Shown here one piece after another: positions 36,735 through 47,079 of a stretch of 64,000 bases of DNA. The stretch covers positions 160,001 to 224,000 of the forward strand of contig CAXXKJ010000002.1 in NCBI GenBank assembly GCA_963675295.2, written 5' to 3'. The first letter of the stretch is position 1. Each line of letters begins with the position of its first letter. Source of the stretch: a bacterium. Its GTDB lineage: Bacteria; Electryoneota; Electryoneia; Electryoneales; Electryoneaceae. The notes below the pieces were generated by a model. The model did not search any database and was not told the origin of the DNA. It worked only from the letters and a program-made list of their open reading frames with translations. The position numbers and the translations under genes were made by a program.

Positions 36735-38141
36735 ATGAAAATCAAATGTCTGCTCTCGGTTATTGCGCTCATTTCCAGCGCTTTCTGCGTCAACTCGCAG
36801 GTTGCACCATCCCCAATTCATTGCAATATCGGCTTGGTTTCGGGTGGATCAGTGCAGTTGATGTGGGAATCCGGTCCGTTGAACGGACTCTATGAGGATT
36901 TTAATGACGGAGTTGCCCAGGATTTTGAGTTCTGGACACCATCTGCTGACGGATTACCTCAGTATTCTTACTACATAATAGATAATGGATATACAGAAAT
37001 ATATTCAGACAATGAGCATGATTATTGGGGTTCGGGAGCCTGTGAAATTATCGAATTTACTGATTTTACTTGTGAAGTGGAAATCCACAATATCCAAGGT
37101 GGTTCTTCTCGTGGAATTTTATTTCGAGGTGATGGGCCAAGAGATAGTAATTATAATGGTTATGGGTTTCTCTATGGCTATAACTATGGGATAGATAGAT
37201 ATTCTGTTGTACAATGGGTTGGTGGTTTTCCAGGGCCTATTATTGATTGGACGGAATCAGACGCGCTTAATAGTGGAGACGGGGCAATAAATGTATTAAA
37301 AGTAGTTGGCAATGGATCTATTTTCGACTTCTATATTAATGGCATCTATGTTGACACTGACTCAGATCTTGATTTTTCAAGTGGTTATGTTGGCTTTATG
37401 CAGGCTCCTAGTGTAACGGCGAAATACAATTATATAACTTGCACCTACAATGCACAATTGCAGGATCGTTCTGTAGAACCTCAGCGCGGTGAACAAGTTG
37501 AGGGCTGGTTCGACGATGCTGGCCGTCCGATGGATCATCCGCCGGTTATGTATGAGGCGTATGAACGGCAACTTGACACAAAAAGAGAGATCCTTCATTT
37601 CATTCAGGATGACATGCCTGACGAAGTCGACGAGTTCGTCGAATACCGGATCTACCGCAACGGCGTGTTTATTGGCGCGACGCCTGACACGGTATTCACC
37701 GACCAACTCCCGAACTACGGCGAGTTCGAATACCGCGTCACAGCCTTTTACGATCCCGAAGGTGAATCGATTCCCAGCGTTCCGGCAACGGTCAACTGGC
37801 AACCGGTAACGTATTCCCTCGCCGGTGTCAACACCGTCGTCCCGCACACCGGCGGTACGATCACCTATGACGCTCTCTTGTTCAACGAGCTGCCGCAGAC
37901 GTTCCAGAACGCCAGCTATCGCGTCTACGTCACTACGCCGAATCATTCCGTGGTCGGGCCGGTATTCCAGCGTAATTTTAATCTCGCACCTGGCGCTTAC
38001 CATTCGATTCCCGGAATGACACAGACAATCCCGGCCGGTGCACCACCGGGTAACTACTTTTTACACGGACGGTTGTACTACCAGGGCCAACCGGTGTACG
38101 AACAGACCTTCCAGTTCGACAAAATGGGCGGCGGTGACTAA
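36735..38141 (+). CDS. Secreted protein with DUF1080-like beta-sandwich, FN3-like and terminal Ig-like domains, no CTD
   Basis: Signal peptide; RGILFR…NVLKVVGNG…FYING…SGYVG; YRIYRNG…YRVTAFY..GES; terminal VPHTGG…IPAGAPPGNY…FQFDK. Confidence 0.7.
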   Translation: MKIKCLLSVIALISSAFCVNSQVAPSPIHCNIGLVSGGSVQLMWESGPLNGLYEDFNDGVAQDFEFWTPSADGLPQYSYYIIDNGYTEIYSDNEHDYWGSGACEIIEFTDFTCEVEIHNIQGGSSRGILFRGDGPRDSNYNGYGFLYGYNYGIDRYSVVQWVGGFPGPIIDWTESDALNSGDGAINVLKVVGNGSIFDFYINGIYVDTDSDLDFSSGYVGFMQAPSVTAKYNYITCTYNAQLQDRSVEPQRGEQVEGWFDDAGRPMDHPPVMYEAYERQLDTKREILHFIQDDMPDEVDEFVEYRIYRNGVFIGATPDTVFTDQLPNYGEFEYRVTAFYDPEGESIPSVPATVNWQPVTYSLAGVNTVVPHTGGTITYDALLFNELPQTFQNASYRVYVTTPNHSVVGPVFQRNFNLAPGAYHSIPGMTQTIPAGAPPGNYFLHGRLYYQGQPVYEQTFQFDKMGGGD

Positions 38142-38209
38142 TACCAGGCGCCGTCCTTCCTCCCCCGCGTCTGTTGCACCACCCCCCAAAACAGCGCGAT
38201 ACTTCCGGC

Positions 38210-40030
38210 ATGAATGTCCTGCGACGGTTCTGGCCGTACATGCGTCCCCACTGGTGGCACGTGACGTTGTCACTGCTCGCCACGCTGCTGTTCGTCGTGT
38301 TCAACGGCGCGGCGTACTGGCTCAGCGCGAGTTTCCTCGCCGCGCTGTTCCAGGGCGGGCTTGACACCGGCGCGGGCGACGGGTCGCTCAACGACCTGTT
38401 GAAGCAGGCCACTGCCGCGCTATTGGTCACCGATTCGCCGCAGGGCACGTTGCTCCGTGCCGCGCTGGCGATCGTGATTGCGTTCCTCGGCAAGAACCTG
38501 TTTTCCTACATGCAGCTGTGGTACATCAGCTTCGTCGAACAGCGCGTGATCAAGGCGTTACGCGACGACCTGTTTTCCAAGCTGATGCGGCAGGACCTCG
38601 CGTTCTTCCAACGCGAACGCCGTGGCGACCTCATCTCCGGCGTCCTCAACGACGTCGAGCAGTTCAACCTCGCGCTGAACAAGAGCTTCACGAAGCTGAT
38701 CCGTGACCCGATCAACGCCGTCGTGGTGCTGTTTTTGTTGCTGGCGGTGTCGTGGAAGCTGACATTGGCCGCGCTGGTTGTTGTCCCGGCGGTGGGCTCG
38801 GTGGTGCTGTTGCTCGGTCGCAAGATCAAGAAACACGCGGTTCGTGTGCAGGAACGGATCGCCGACCTGACCGGCCGGCTGCAGGAGATGATCGCGGGCA
38901 TTCGTGTCGTCAAAGCGTTTACCGCCGAACCGCGCGAACGGTCAAGGTTCCACGGCCTCACCGGCCGCCACTACCGCAGCTCGATCTCTCAGGAGCGGTA
39001 CCGCCGGTTGGTCATCCCGCTCAACGAACTGGTCGGTGTGCTGATCATCAGCGTGCTGTTGTATGTCGGCGGCGAGCTGGTGCTGGTACGTGGAACGTTG
39101 GCGAGCGAGGACTTCATCCGCTTCCTCGTGCTGCTGTTCGCGTTGCTGACGCCGCTGCTGTCGCTGGGTAATGTGACCGCGAACATCAAGGTCGCCGAAG
39201 CCGCCGGAGACCGAGTCTTTCGCCTGATGGACAGCGTCCCGACCCTGCCAACCCCCGCGCAGCCGAAGCCGATTGACCGGTTTACCGGCGAGCTGAAGGT
39301 GGATCATGTCACCTTCCGTTACACCGACGACGCGCCCGCCGTCTTATCCGACATTGACCTCGCGATCCGTCCCGGCGAACGGTTGGCGATCGTCGGACGC
39401 TCCGGTTCCGGCAAATCCACGTTGCTCAATTTGCTGCCCCGTTTCTTCGACCCGACCGAGGGCCGGATCACGTTAAACGGCGGCGACTTGCGCGAGTTCG
39501 ACCCGAACGAACTCCGACGGTTGTTCGGGATTGTTACCCAGGACGTGATCCTCTTCCACACGACCATCGCGGAGAACATTGCGTACGGCCTCGACGATGT
39601 CACCGCCGACCAGATCCGTGCGGCGGCGATGGCGGCCAACGCCGGCGAGTTCATCCACACATTGCCCGAGGGCTACGATACCGTGGTCGGCGAAACCGGC
39701 GCGCTATTCAGCGGTGGTCAGCGGCAACGGATCAGCATTGCACGGGCGCTCCTGCGTGACCCACGGATTGTGCTGCTCGACGAAGCCACCTCCGCCCTCG
39801 ACGCCGAGTCTGAATCGGCGATCCAGGCGGCGCTGTCCCGGTTGACCGAGGGACGGACCGTGGTCACCGTGACCCATCGATTGGCGGCGGTGAAGGATCT
39901 ACCCCGAATCGTCGTGCTCGAACAGGGCCGTATCGCGGGCGAAGGTACCCACGCCGAGTTGTTGTCCTCCTGTGAACCGTATCGCGTCCTCGCCACCAGT
40001 CAGGGGTTGGTGGAGGGGGTCGAGTCATGA
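38210..40030 (+). CDS. MsbA-like ABC exporter (permease + ATPase)
   Basis: TM domain; GRSGSGKST; FSGGQRQR; LLDEATSALD. Confidence 0.93.
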   Translation: MNVLRRFWPYMRPHWWHVTLSLLATLLFVVFNGAAYWLSASFLAALFQGGLDTGAGDGSLNDLLKQATAALLVTDSPQGTLLRAALAIVIAFLGKNLFSYMQLWYISFVEQRVIKALRDDLFSKLMRQDLAFFQRERRGDLISGVLNDVEQFNLALNKSFTKLIRDPINAVVVLFLLLAVSWKLTLAALVVVPAVGSVVLLLGRKIKKHAVRVQERIADLTGRLQEMIAGIRVVKAFTAEPRERSRFHGLTGRHYRSSISQERYRRLVIPLNELVGVLIISVLLYVGGELVLVRGTLASEDFIRFLVLLFALLTPLLSLGNVTANIKVAEAAGDRVFRLMDSVPTLPTPAQPKPIDRFTGELKVDHVTFRYTDDAPAVLSDIDLAIRPGERLAIVGRSGSGKSTLLNLLPRFFDPTEGRITLNGGDLREFDPNELRRLFGIVTQDVILFHTTIAENIAYGLDDVTADQIRAAAMAANAGEFIHTLPEGYDTVVGETGALFSGGQRQRISIARALLRDPRIVLLDEATSALDAESESAIQAALSRLTEGRTVVTVTHRLAAVKDLPRIVVLEQGRIAGEGTHAELLSSCEPYRVLATSQGLVEGVES

Positions 40031-41178
40031 CTGCGGACACCTCCGAGTGGAAACTCCGGATCACGATGCTGTGTTCGTCCACGGTCTGGGCGGGCACGGA
40101 AAAGTGGTCGTTGCGCACAGCGGAAACGCTCGCCGCGATGGGGCATGACGTTACCTTCATCGCACGCAAACCGCTGATGTTCATGGAGCGTCTGTCCAAA
40201 CCCGCGCCGTACAAGGATGGTCCCGGAACGCTGCACTTTCGTCCGCTCCCGTTGGTCAACGACGCCGACCTGTGGTCGTTTTACCTGCTGACCTCGTGGC
40301 TGCGTCGTCACGCCGATGTCCTCATCGCGACCCGGGTGCGTGACTACTGGCTCGGTGGCCTGGCCGCGAAACTGGCTGGTGTGCCGGAACTATTGCGGCT
40401 CGGTGTTGAACGCAAACCGCGCGAGGGCTACTGGCGGGACCGGCTGCGGTACGGCACCCTGCCTTCCGCGATCATGGTCAACGCGCACGCGATCAAGGAC
40501 ATTCTCGCGACCAGCCCGTTGATTGATCCGGACACCGTGCACGTGATCTACAACGGCGTCGAAACTCCCGGCCGGGGCGGTGACGAGATCCGCACAGGCG
40601 TGCGCACCGAACTCGGCCTGGCCGAGGGCGAGATCTTCGTGCTCGGCGCGGGACGGCTGGCGACCGAAAAGCGCTGGCATTGGGTGATCGAAGCGGCGGT
40701 AGAGTTGCGCAAACGTGGCATTCCGGTCCAGGCGTACGTGTTCGGCCACGGCAATGAGAACGCCAGCCTGATGAACCGTGTCGCCGAACTGAATGCCGGT
40801 GACTTCGTCAAATTCCCCGGCCTGACGGCGCACCTCGACCGTTACCTCGGCGCGGCGGATGTTGCGGTGATGTCGTCCAGAACCGAAGGTGTGTCCAATT
40901 CGATGCTCGAGGCGTTGGGACGTGGAGTTGCCACCCTCGCCACCTCGGCGGGTGGCGCTGCGGAGAAGCTGGTCTCAGGGCGTGACTTGATCCTCGTTGG
41001 GAACGATGACCAGGCGGAGTTCGTTGACCAGCTCGAAACGTTGTGCCGGGATGCTGAGTTGCGTGCGAAACTGGGTGCCCAAGGCCTGGAAACAGTGCGC
41101 AAGGAGTTCAGCTGGGAGCGGATGGGCCGGGAATTGAACGAGGTGCTACAAGGATTGGTACGGGCCAATGAAGGTTAG
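40027..41178 (+). CDS. GT4 glycosyltransferase
   Basis: WAGTEK, AGRL..EK, SRTEGVSNSMLEA. Confidence 0.9.
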   Translation: MTADTSEWKLRITMLCSSTVWAGTEKWSLRTAETLAAMGHDVTFIARKPLMFMERLSKPAPYKDGPGTLHFRPLPLVNDADLWSFYLLTSWLRRHADVLIATRVRDYWLGGLAAKLAGVPELLRLGVERKPREGYWRDRLRYGTLPSAIMVNAHAIKDILATSPLIDPDTVHVIYNGVETPGRGGDEIRTGVRTELGLAEGEIFVLGAGRLATEKRWHWVIEAAVELRKRGIPVQAYVFGHGNENASLMNRVAELNAGDFVKFPGLTAHLDRYLGAADVAVMSSRTEGVSNSMLEALGRGVATLATSAGGAAEKLVSGRDLILVGNDDQAEFVDQLETLCRDAELRAKLGAQGLETVRKEFSWERMGRELNEVLQGLVRANEG

Positions 41179-42247
41179 TTTCGTCAACCTGGCCACCGAC
41201 TGGGGTGGCGGCGAGGGCTGGACCCTGCGCTCCGCCGTCGGCCTCGCCGAGCGGGGCCATGCCGTGACGTTGGTCGCACGGCACGGGTCGCCGTTCGCCG
41301 AACGCGCCACTGCCTCGCCGTTACCAACCCTCACCCTGCCAATCAGCTACGATTACCGTCCAGCGACCGTGTTCGCAATCCGTCGTCACCTGCGCGAAAC
41401 CGGCTGCGAGGTGGTCGTCGTGCATCACAACAAGGACGTCCGCACCGGCGGCGTCGCGGCAAAGCTGGACAAGCTGCCGGTGGTGCACCGCAACGGCTTC
41501 CCGGTGGTCAATAACACGTGGCGGCACCGCATCACCATGCGCTTCACCGACCGCATCCTGACCAACTCCACCCGCATTCGTGATACCTACCGCGCGCTAC
41601 GTTGGCTCACGGACAAACCGATGGATGTCGTCGCGAATGGAATCGACGTATCCACCATCCCCGCTCGTGATCCGCAGTTACGCGCCAGCTTCGGTTTCCC
41701 GGACGATGCCCTGATCGCGCTCTACGCCGGCCGTTTGACGGGGGTCAAACGTGTCGATGTGTTGCTGCACGCCGTCGCCACCCTGCCCGACCACAGCAGA
41801 TGGCACCTCGCAATCGCGGGCACCGGCGGGCAACGTGAGACGCTGGAACAGTTGGCGAATGAACTCAAGCTCGGCGACCGTGTGCGGTTTCTCGGGTACC
41901 GGGAGGATGCGCGCGCCCTGGCAGCATGTGCGGACCTCGGTGTGTTGCCGTCGCTGGATGAGGGCATGCCGAACGCGTTGATGGAAGCGATGGCGGCGGG
42001 TACACCGGTCGCCGCAACTCCCGCCGGGGACGTCGAATACCTGCTCGACAACGGGTCCGCCGGTTGGATCCTGCCGATGGGCGTGGTCGAACCGTGGGTT
42101 GATCTGCTGCGCGCGCTGGAGAAATCACCCGACCAGCTTCGCACGATGGGCGACACCGGGAAATCGCGCGTGCTCGAGCATTTCACGTTTGACCGCATGA
42201 TCGACGGCGTTGAGGCCTCCCTCCGCGCGGCGATTGGAAGCCGCTAA
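41168..42247 (+). CDS. GT4 glycosyltransferase
   Basis: WGGGE, AGRL..VK, SLDEGMPNALMEAMAAG. Confidence 0.92.
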   Translation: MKVSFVNLATDWGGGEGWTLRSAVGLAERGHAVTLVARHGSPFAERATASPLPTLTLPISYDYRPATVFAIRRHLRETGCEVVVVHHNKDVRTGGVAAKLDKLPVVHRNGFPVVNNTWRHRITMRFTDRILTNSTRIRDTYRALRWLTDKPMDVVANGIDVSTIPARDPQLRASFGFPDDALIALYAGRLTGVKRVDVLLHAVATLPDHSRWHLAIAGTGGQRETLEQLANELKLGDRVRFLGYREDARALAACADLGVLPSLDEGMPNALMEAMAAGTPVAATPAGDVEYLLDNGSAGWILPMGVVEPWVDLLRALEKSPDQLRTMGDTGKSRVLEHFTFDRMIDGVEASLRAAIGSR

Positions 42248-42360
42248 TCCCTGCTCAGCCGTCTCATCCGCCACAACCCCCGTCTTTTCTTTCTTCTGCC
42301 GGAACAGTACCTTGAACGATCTGTTTCAGGGGCAAAAGCGGGGCGCAGGGGCATGCGCCC

Positions 42361-43464
42361 GTGAGGAGCGCGCGGGACGTGGCTCACACGGTCACACATC
42401 CTATTACTATCGAGAACGCCGAGCAGTCGTACGCCGAGTTCAGCGCTTATGCGCGGGACACGGGTAGCGAGACGGTGGTCTTTGACCTGTCCGGGCTGGA
42501 GGAAATCGACTCCGCCGGACTCGCCGTGTTTCATCGATTGCAGACCACCTTGGAACACGACAACCGCCGTCTCGAATTTGAAAACATCCCCGAGCGTGTC
42601 CGTCAACTGTTCGACCTGTCCCACTTTGACGAACCCTCCGACGCGATTGAAACACCGCCACCACCGAAGAACGAGCTGGAACGCATTGGCCTGATCGCGC
42701 TGGACGCGTGGCAGGACATGCGCAAGATGCTCGGCTACATCGGGCGGGTCACCCTGGCGTTAATCTGGAGTTTCAGGAACCCGACGAAGGTGCGCTGGGG
42801 CGATGTAGCGCGGTACGTGCAGGAAACCGGTGCTAATGCCCTGCCGATTGTCGGCCTGATGAGCGCGTTGGTCGGGTTGGTGATCGCGTTTTCATCCGCG
42901 ATCCAGCTGAAACAGTTCGGCGCGAACATCTTCATCGCCGACCTGATCGGGATTGGCGTCAGCCGTGAAATCGGCCCGTTGATGGCGGCGATTCTGTTGA
43001 TCGCACGTTCCGGATCGGCATTCGCTGCGGAGATCGGCACGCAGAAGATCAGCGAAGAGATCGACGCGTTAACGGTCATGGGCTTGAAACCTGTGCCGTA
43101 CCTGGTCATTCCGCGGATCATCGCCACCTTGATCACCCTGCCACTGTTGACCATGTTCGCCGACTTATTCGGCGTTGTCGGTGGGATGGTGATCGCTCAG
43201 TTCAGCCTCGATGTCAGCCCAACGATCTTCATCACACGACTCGGCGAAGCGGTCAGTCTCTGGGATATCAGCTCGGGTGTGTTGAAATCGTTCTTCTTCG
43301 CGATCCTGATCGCCGGCGTAGGCTGCTACCGCGGCATGGAAACCAGCGGCGGCGCGATGGGCGTCGGCCGCAGCACCACGCAATCCGTCGTCAGCGGCAT
43401 CTTTTTGCTCGTGATCGCTGACTCGATTTTCGTCGTCCTGTTCCAGTACCTGGGGTTGAATTGA
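42361..43464 (+). CDS. mlaE: MlaE-family ABC permease with N-terminal STAS domain
   Basis: DLSGLEEIDSAG STAS; REIGPL…RSGSAFAAEIG…EEIDAL…PRI; VGRSTTQSVV. Confidence 0.88.
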   Translation: MRSARDVAHTVTHPITIENAEQSYAEFSAYARDTGSETVVFDLSGLEEIDSAGLAVFHRLQTTLEHDNRRLEFENIPERVRQLFDLSHFDEPSDAIETPPPPKNELERIGLIALDAWQDMRKMLGYIGRVTLALIWSFRNPTKVRWGDVARYVQETGANALPIVGLMSALVGLVIAFSSAIQLKQFGANIFIADLIGIGVSREIGPLMAAILLIARSGSAFAAEIGTQKISEEIDALTVMGLKPVPYLVIPRIIATLITLPLLTMFADLFGVVGGMVIAQFSLDVSPTIFITRLGEAVSLWDISSGVLKSFFFAILIAGVGCYRGMETSGGAMGVGRSTTQSVVSGIFLLVIADSIFVVLFQYLGLN

Positions 43465-44237
43465 TGGATGACGAACGCAAGGCAGTGATGCGGGTCCGTG
43501 ATCTCGAAGTCAGCTTCGAGGACAATCTCGTGCTGAGCGATATCAGCTTCGATGTGTACGAGGGCGAAATTCTCGTCATCCTCGGCGAAAGCGGCTGCGG
43601 CAAATCGACGCTGCTGCGGCACATGCTGATGCTGCGGCGACCCCAGGGCGGAACGGTTCACTACGGCGACCTGAACCTCGTCGAAGCGTCGGAAAACGAA
43701 CTGGACCGTGTCCGCCAGGATTTCGGCGTCCTGTTCCAGTCTGGAGCGCTGTTCAAGTCCATGACGCTGGGCGACAATGTCGCCATGCCGGCGCGGGAGT
43801 TCACCAAATTATCCGAGGAAACCATCGAGGAGCTGGTCAACCTGAAGCTGGAGATGGTCGGCCTCGGCGGGAAGCAGAACCTGATGCCGAGTGAATTGAG
43901 CGGCGGCATGCAGAAACGTGGCGGCCTCGCGAGGGCGATGGTGCTCGATCCGAAGGTGTTGTTCTTCGACGAACCGTCCGCCGGCCTGGACCCGGTCACC
44001 AGCGCCTCGCTCGACCATTTGATCATCACCCTGAACAAGTCACTCGGCATCACGATGGTGGTGGTAACGCATGAGCTGCCCAGCATTCACGCCATCGCCC
44101 ACCGTGCGATCATGCTCGGCAAGGATGTGCCCGGCATCCTCGCGGAGGGAACCCCGGACGAGCTGCGCAACAGCGGGCATCCACGGGTAAACGCATTTTT
44201 CCACCGGGAACGTCTCGAAGAAACCGGCGCTGCCTGA
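43461..44237 (+). CDS. mlaF: MlaF-family ABC ATPase
   Basis: GESGCGKST, FQSGALF, LSGGMQKR, DEPSAGLDP. Confidence 0.9.
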   Translation: MMDDERKAVMRVRDLEVSFEDNLVLSDISFDVYEGEILVILGESGCGKSTLLRHMLMLRRPQGGTVHYGDLNLVEASENELDRVRQDFGVLFQSGALFKSMTLGDNVAMPAREFTKLSEETIEELVNLKLEMVGLGGKQNLMPSELSGGMQKRGGLARAMVLDPKVLFFDEPSAGLDPVTSASLDHLIITLNKSLGITMVVVTHELPSIHAIAHRAIMLGKDVPGILAEGTPDELRNSGHPRVNAFFHRERLEETGAA

Positions 44238-44320
44238 TGACGAACGACAGCGGAGATTAACCATGCGAATCCAGAGTCCCGCCGGAAGAACGGCGATTCC
44301 GCAACAGGGGAGGCGACGCC

Positions 44321-45322
44321 ATGCCGTCTGCTAAAACCAACGCCATGCGCGTGGGCGCGTTTGTCGTCATCGGCATCTCCCTGGTCATCATCGCGCTGAT
44401 CTATTTCGGCGCCACGGACATGCTGAAGCAGGACAATAAGTACGTCACGTATTTCGATACCAGCGTCCAGGGCCTGAACCTCGACAGCCCAGTGAAGTTT
44501 CGCGGTGTTACCATCGGCAAGGTAACCGGCATGAGTATCGCGCCGGACGGCGAGCTGATCGAAGTCGAGATGGCCCTGAAATCCAGTTTCAATGTGAACG
44601 ACAGCCTCGGTGTGCAGATGAATATCACCGGCATCACCGGCCTGCGATACCTCGAAGTCGATTTCGCGAACCACATGGAACTGTCCGTCGCGCCAATGCT
44701 CGACTTCAATCCGGAATATCCTGTAATTCCAAGTGTTCCCGGCGGATTCGAGGAACTGGAAACCGCGCTGAAGTCGGTCTATGAAAAGTTCATGAAGGTC
44801 GATACCGAGGGAATATCGTACGAGGCCAAGGAGTTCATGCGTGCCGGAACTCAAGTGATGGGGCACGCAGACAGCATCATCACCGCCGATGAATTTACCG
44901 CTTGGGTGTATGACTTGAACACCGCCGTCGCCAACATGGAAATGATGATCGCGCAGCTGAAACAGCAGCAACTGGCTGACCGTCTCGATATGATGATGAC
45001 CGAGCTGCAGGAGGCGTCAATCCAAGCACGCGAAGGGACGACGCACCTGAACAACGCGCTCGAGACACTCGATTCCGACGTTCAGAACCTGCAACTGACC
45101 CGGCGTGCGGATTCCCTGTTCGCGAACATCAACAAGACCTTCGACCAGACATCCGACCTGATGGGCCAGTCGCAATACTCGATCTCGCAAGTCGTAACCC
45201 AGCTCAGTCTCAGCGTCACCGAGCTGAACCAGACCTTGGAACAGGTGAACGCTCTGTTGCTGTCGCTGGAGGAATACCCCGGCCGTGTGCTGTATTCCTC
45301 GCCACCGAAGAAGGAAAGGTAG
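44321..45322 (+). CDS. mlaD: MlaD/MCE-domain protein
   Basis: N-terminal TM; SVQGL…SPVKFRGVTIGKV; helical tail. Confidence 0.85.
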   Translation: MPSAKTNAMRVGAFVVIGISLVIIALIYFGATDMLKQDNKYVTYFDTSVQGLNLDSPVKFRGVTIGKVTGMSIAPDGELIEVEMALKSSFNVNDSLGVQMNITGITGLRYLEVDFANHMELSVAPMLDFNPEYPVIPSVPGGFEELETALKSVYEKFMKVDTEGISYEAKEFMRAGTQVMGHADSIITADEFTAWVYDLNTAVANMEMMIAQLKQQQLADRLDMMMTELQEASIQAREGTTHLNNALETLDSDVQNLQLTRRADSLFANINKTFDQTSDLMGQSQYSISQVVTQLSLSVTELNQTLEQVNALLLSLEEYPGRVLYSSPPKKER

Positions 45323-45332
45323 GAGGAGCTAG

Positions 45333-45962
45333 ATGAAACGCCTGCTGATTGTGACGATTCCGCTCCTGCTGCTTGCCGGCTGCTTCAGCCTGCCGCGGGA
45401 AAGCCTGGAGATCGTGCGCTACAGTTTTCATCCCGCCGAACTCGCGGGCCCGGAAGCGCAGGAGTATGATGGCGCCTTGCTGATTCTGCCATTTTCCACC
45501 GTGTCCGAACAACACGGCGACCGGATCGGATACAAGGAAGGTGATCACGAGATGGAAACGTATTATTACCATCGCTGGATCGCCCCGCCGGAACAGTTGA
45601 TGGCCGACTTGCTGAATGAGGACATGGTACACGCCGGTCTGTTCAACGACGGTGTCTTCTTGATGACTACAGGGATCACACCGACACACGAACTGCACGG
45701 CCGTCTGGTCAAGCTGTACGCCGACAACCGGAAAAATCAGCAGGCCGCGGTGGTGGAAATCATGCTGACTGTCTTCCGTATCCAGCAGCCGACGTATGAC
45801 AAGCAGCTGGTGCTGCAGAAAACGTACAAGTATCATATCGACCGCGAGAATGGACGCGTCGAAAGCTTTGTCCCGGCGGTTACCGATGCGATGACCAGCT
45901 GGTTGCGGGACGTTCGTGCCGACCTGACCATGCTGCTTGTGGAGGATCAGGCGGGTGATTGA
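45333..45962 (+). CDS. PqiC-like ABC auxiliary lipoprotein
   Basis: Lipobox LAG|C; YYYHRWIAPP motif; follows the MCE gene. Confidence 0.8.
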   Translation: MKRLLIVTIPLLLLAGCFSLPRESLEIVRYSFHPAELAGPEAQEYDGALLILPFSTVSEQHGDRIGYKEGDHEMETYYYHRWIAPPEQLMADLLNEDMVHAGLFNDGVFLMTTGITPTHELHGRLVKLYADNRKNQQAAVVEIMLTVFRIQQPTYDKQLVLQKTYKYHIDRENGRVESFVPAVTDAMTSWLRDVRADLTMLLVEDQAGD

Positions 45963-46056
45963 GTGGGTTTTCGGTTCCTGAAGAACGTTTAAGCCTGAGA
46001 ACAAGGGGCGGTTCCGGCCTGTTTAGTCTCGAGTCAAAACCTTTTCTTGCTTGCTT

Positions 46057-46084
46057 TCGGCCGCAATAGTGCGGCCGTTTTTTG
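46057..46084 (+). terminator. Intrinsic terminator
   Basis: CGGCCGCA-ATAG-TGCGGCCG followed by TTTTT. Confidence 0.6.
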
Positions 46085-46376
46085 TCTGGCTATGAGAAGG
46101 TTATTCGTTCTGCGGCGGTCGCCATTTGCGACAGGTCCTCGTCCATCCGTCGGACAGCACCTGTATCAGGCACATCGCCTCTTGCTATATAAGGCGTTTA
46201 TATCGGCAATTACAAGACCACCCCTCAGTCACAGCCCATCATTTTGGCCCTTTAACAGTGCGCTGAGAAGCGTGCGGCCTGCGCGGCATATTGTTTCGTT
46301 ACGAAACTAAACTCTTGGTTCCGAGTGAGTTGAGTCTGAGAAGGTGGTCTGGCGGCTTGGGAGTGGGGTTGCGCGG

Positions 46377-47027
46377 TCAGCGAATCCGCAGCGCGACACC
46401 GAGGTTCAGCTTGAGATTGTAGAACCGGTCGAAGCTTTCGCGTTCGAAACCACGGTTGGACCCGCCGATCCAGAAGATGTACCCGGGCAGCAACTCGCCG
46501 TACAGCGTGATGCCTTCCCACTGTTGAATCACCAGCCCGCCGCCGAAGTAGACTTCCATGCCGGACAGGGCGTCCCGGGTGACCGTCGTCCCCTCGATTT
46601 CCACCGCTTCGGTGTAGCCCCACGACATGTTGTTGTACGCCAGCCCGACGGTGAAATACTGGCCGATGAAAGTGTAGCCCGGCGTGGTGTAAGCGTTGTA
46701 GTCGACACCGAGCGAGAAGATGTTGACGCCGCCGTCGATGCGGCTGTTGAGGTCGCTGATCTGGTCGAGCGGGGAATACGCGTAGGTAAACTGCAGGTCA
46801 ACCCGGTTGCTGCCGCCGCTGCGCACGGTCGACAGTCCGAACCCGATCCCGGCGATGCCGGAGAAGTCTTTCGTCCACGCCAGCCCGTTCGCCGAATTAA
46901 TGAACACGTACTGTTCCTCGATCGGGTCGAGCGCGTGTGCCGGCGAGGCGCTGAGCCACCCGAACACAACGCTCAGGCACATTACAACCGGGAGCAGCGG
47001 GTTTCGTTGTCGACGTGTGACAAACAC
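46377..47027 (-). CDS. Small outer-membrane beta-barrel-like protein
   Basis: Signal peptide ending PAHA; alternating aromatic/glycine strands; C-terminal LKLNLGVALRIR. Start uncertain (GTG 47027 or ATG 46982). Confidence 0.6.
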   Translation of the reverse strand: MFVTRRQRNPLLPVVMCLSVVFGWLSASPAHALDPIEEQYVFINSANGLAWTKDFSGIAGIGFGLSTVRSGGSNRVDLQFTYAYSPLDQISDLNSRIDGGVNIFSLGVDYNAYTTPGYTFIGQYFTVGLAYNNMSWGYTEAVEIEGTTVTRDALSGMEVYFGGGLVIQQWEGITLYGELLPGYIFWIGGSNRGFERESFDRFYNLKLNLGVALRIR

Positions 47028-47079
47028 GACCGGGATCTCGTTGACGCTGGGTTGTTGATCGAGGGAAAGTACTTGTTTT

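Noticed and set aside
42361-45962. STAS-MlaE, MlaF, MlaD, PqiC-like operon as a novel system
   Set aside because: This is a known, widespread MCE transporter arrangement.
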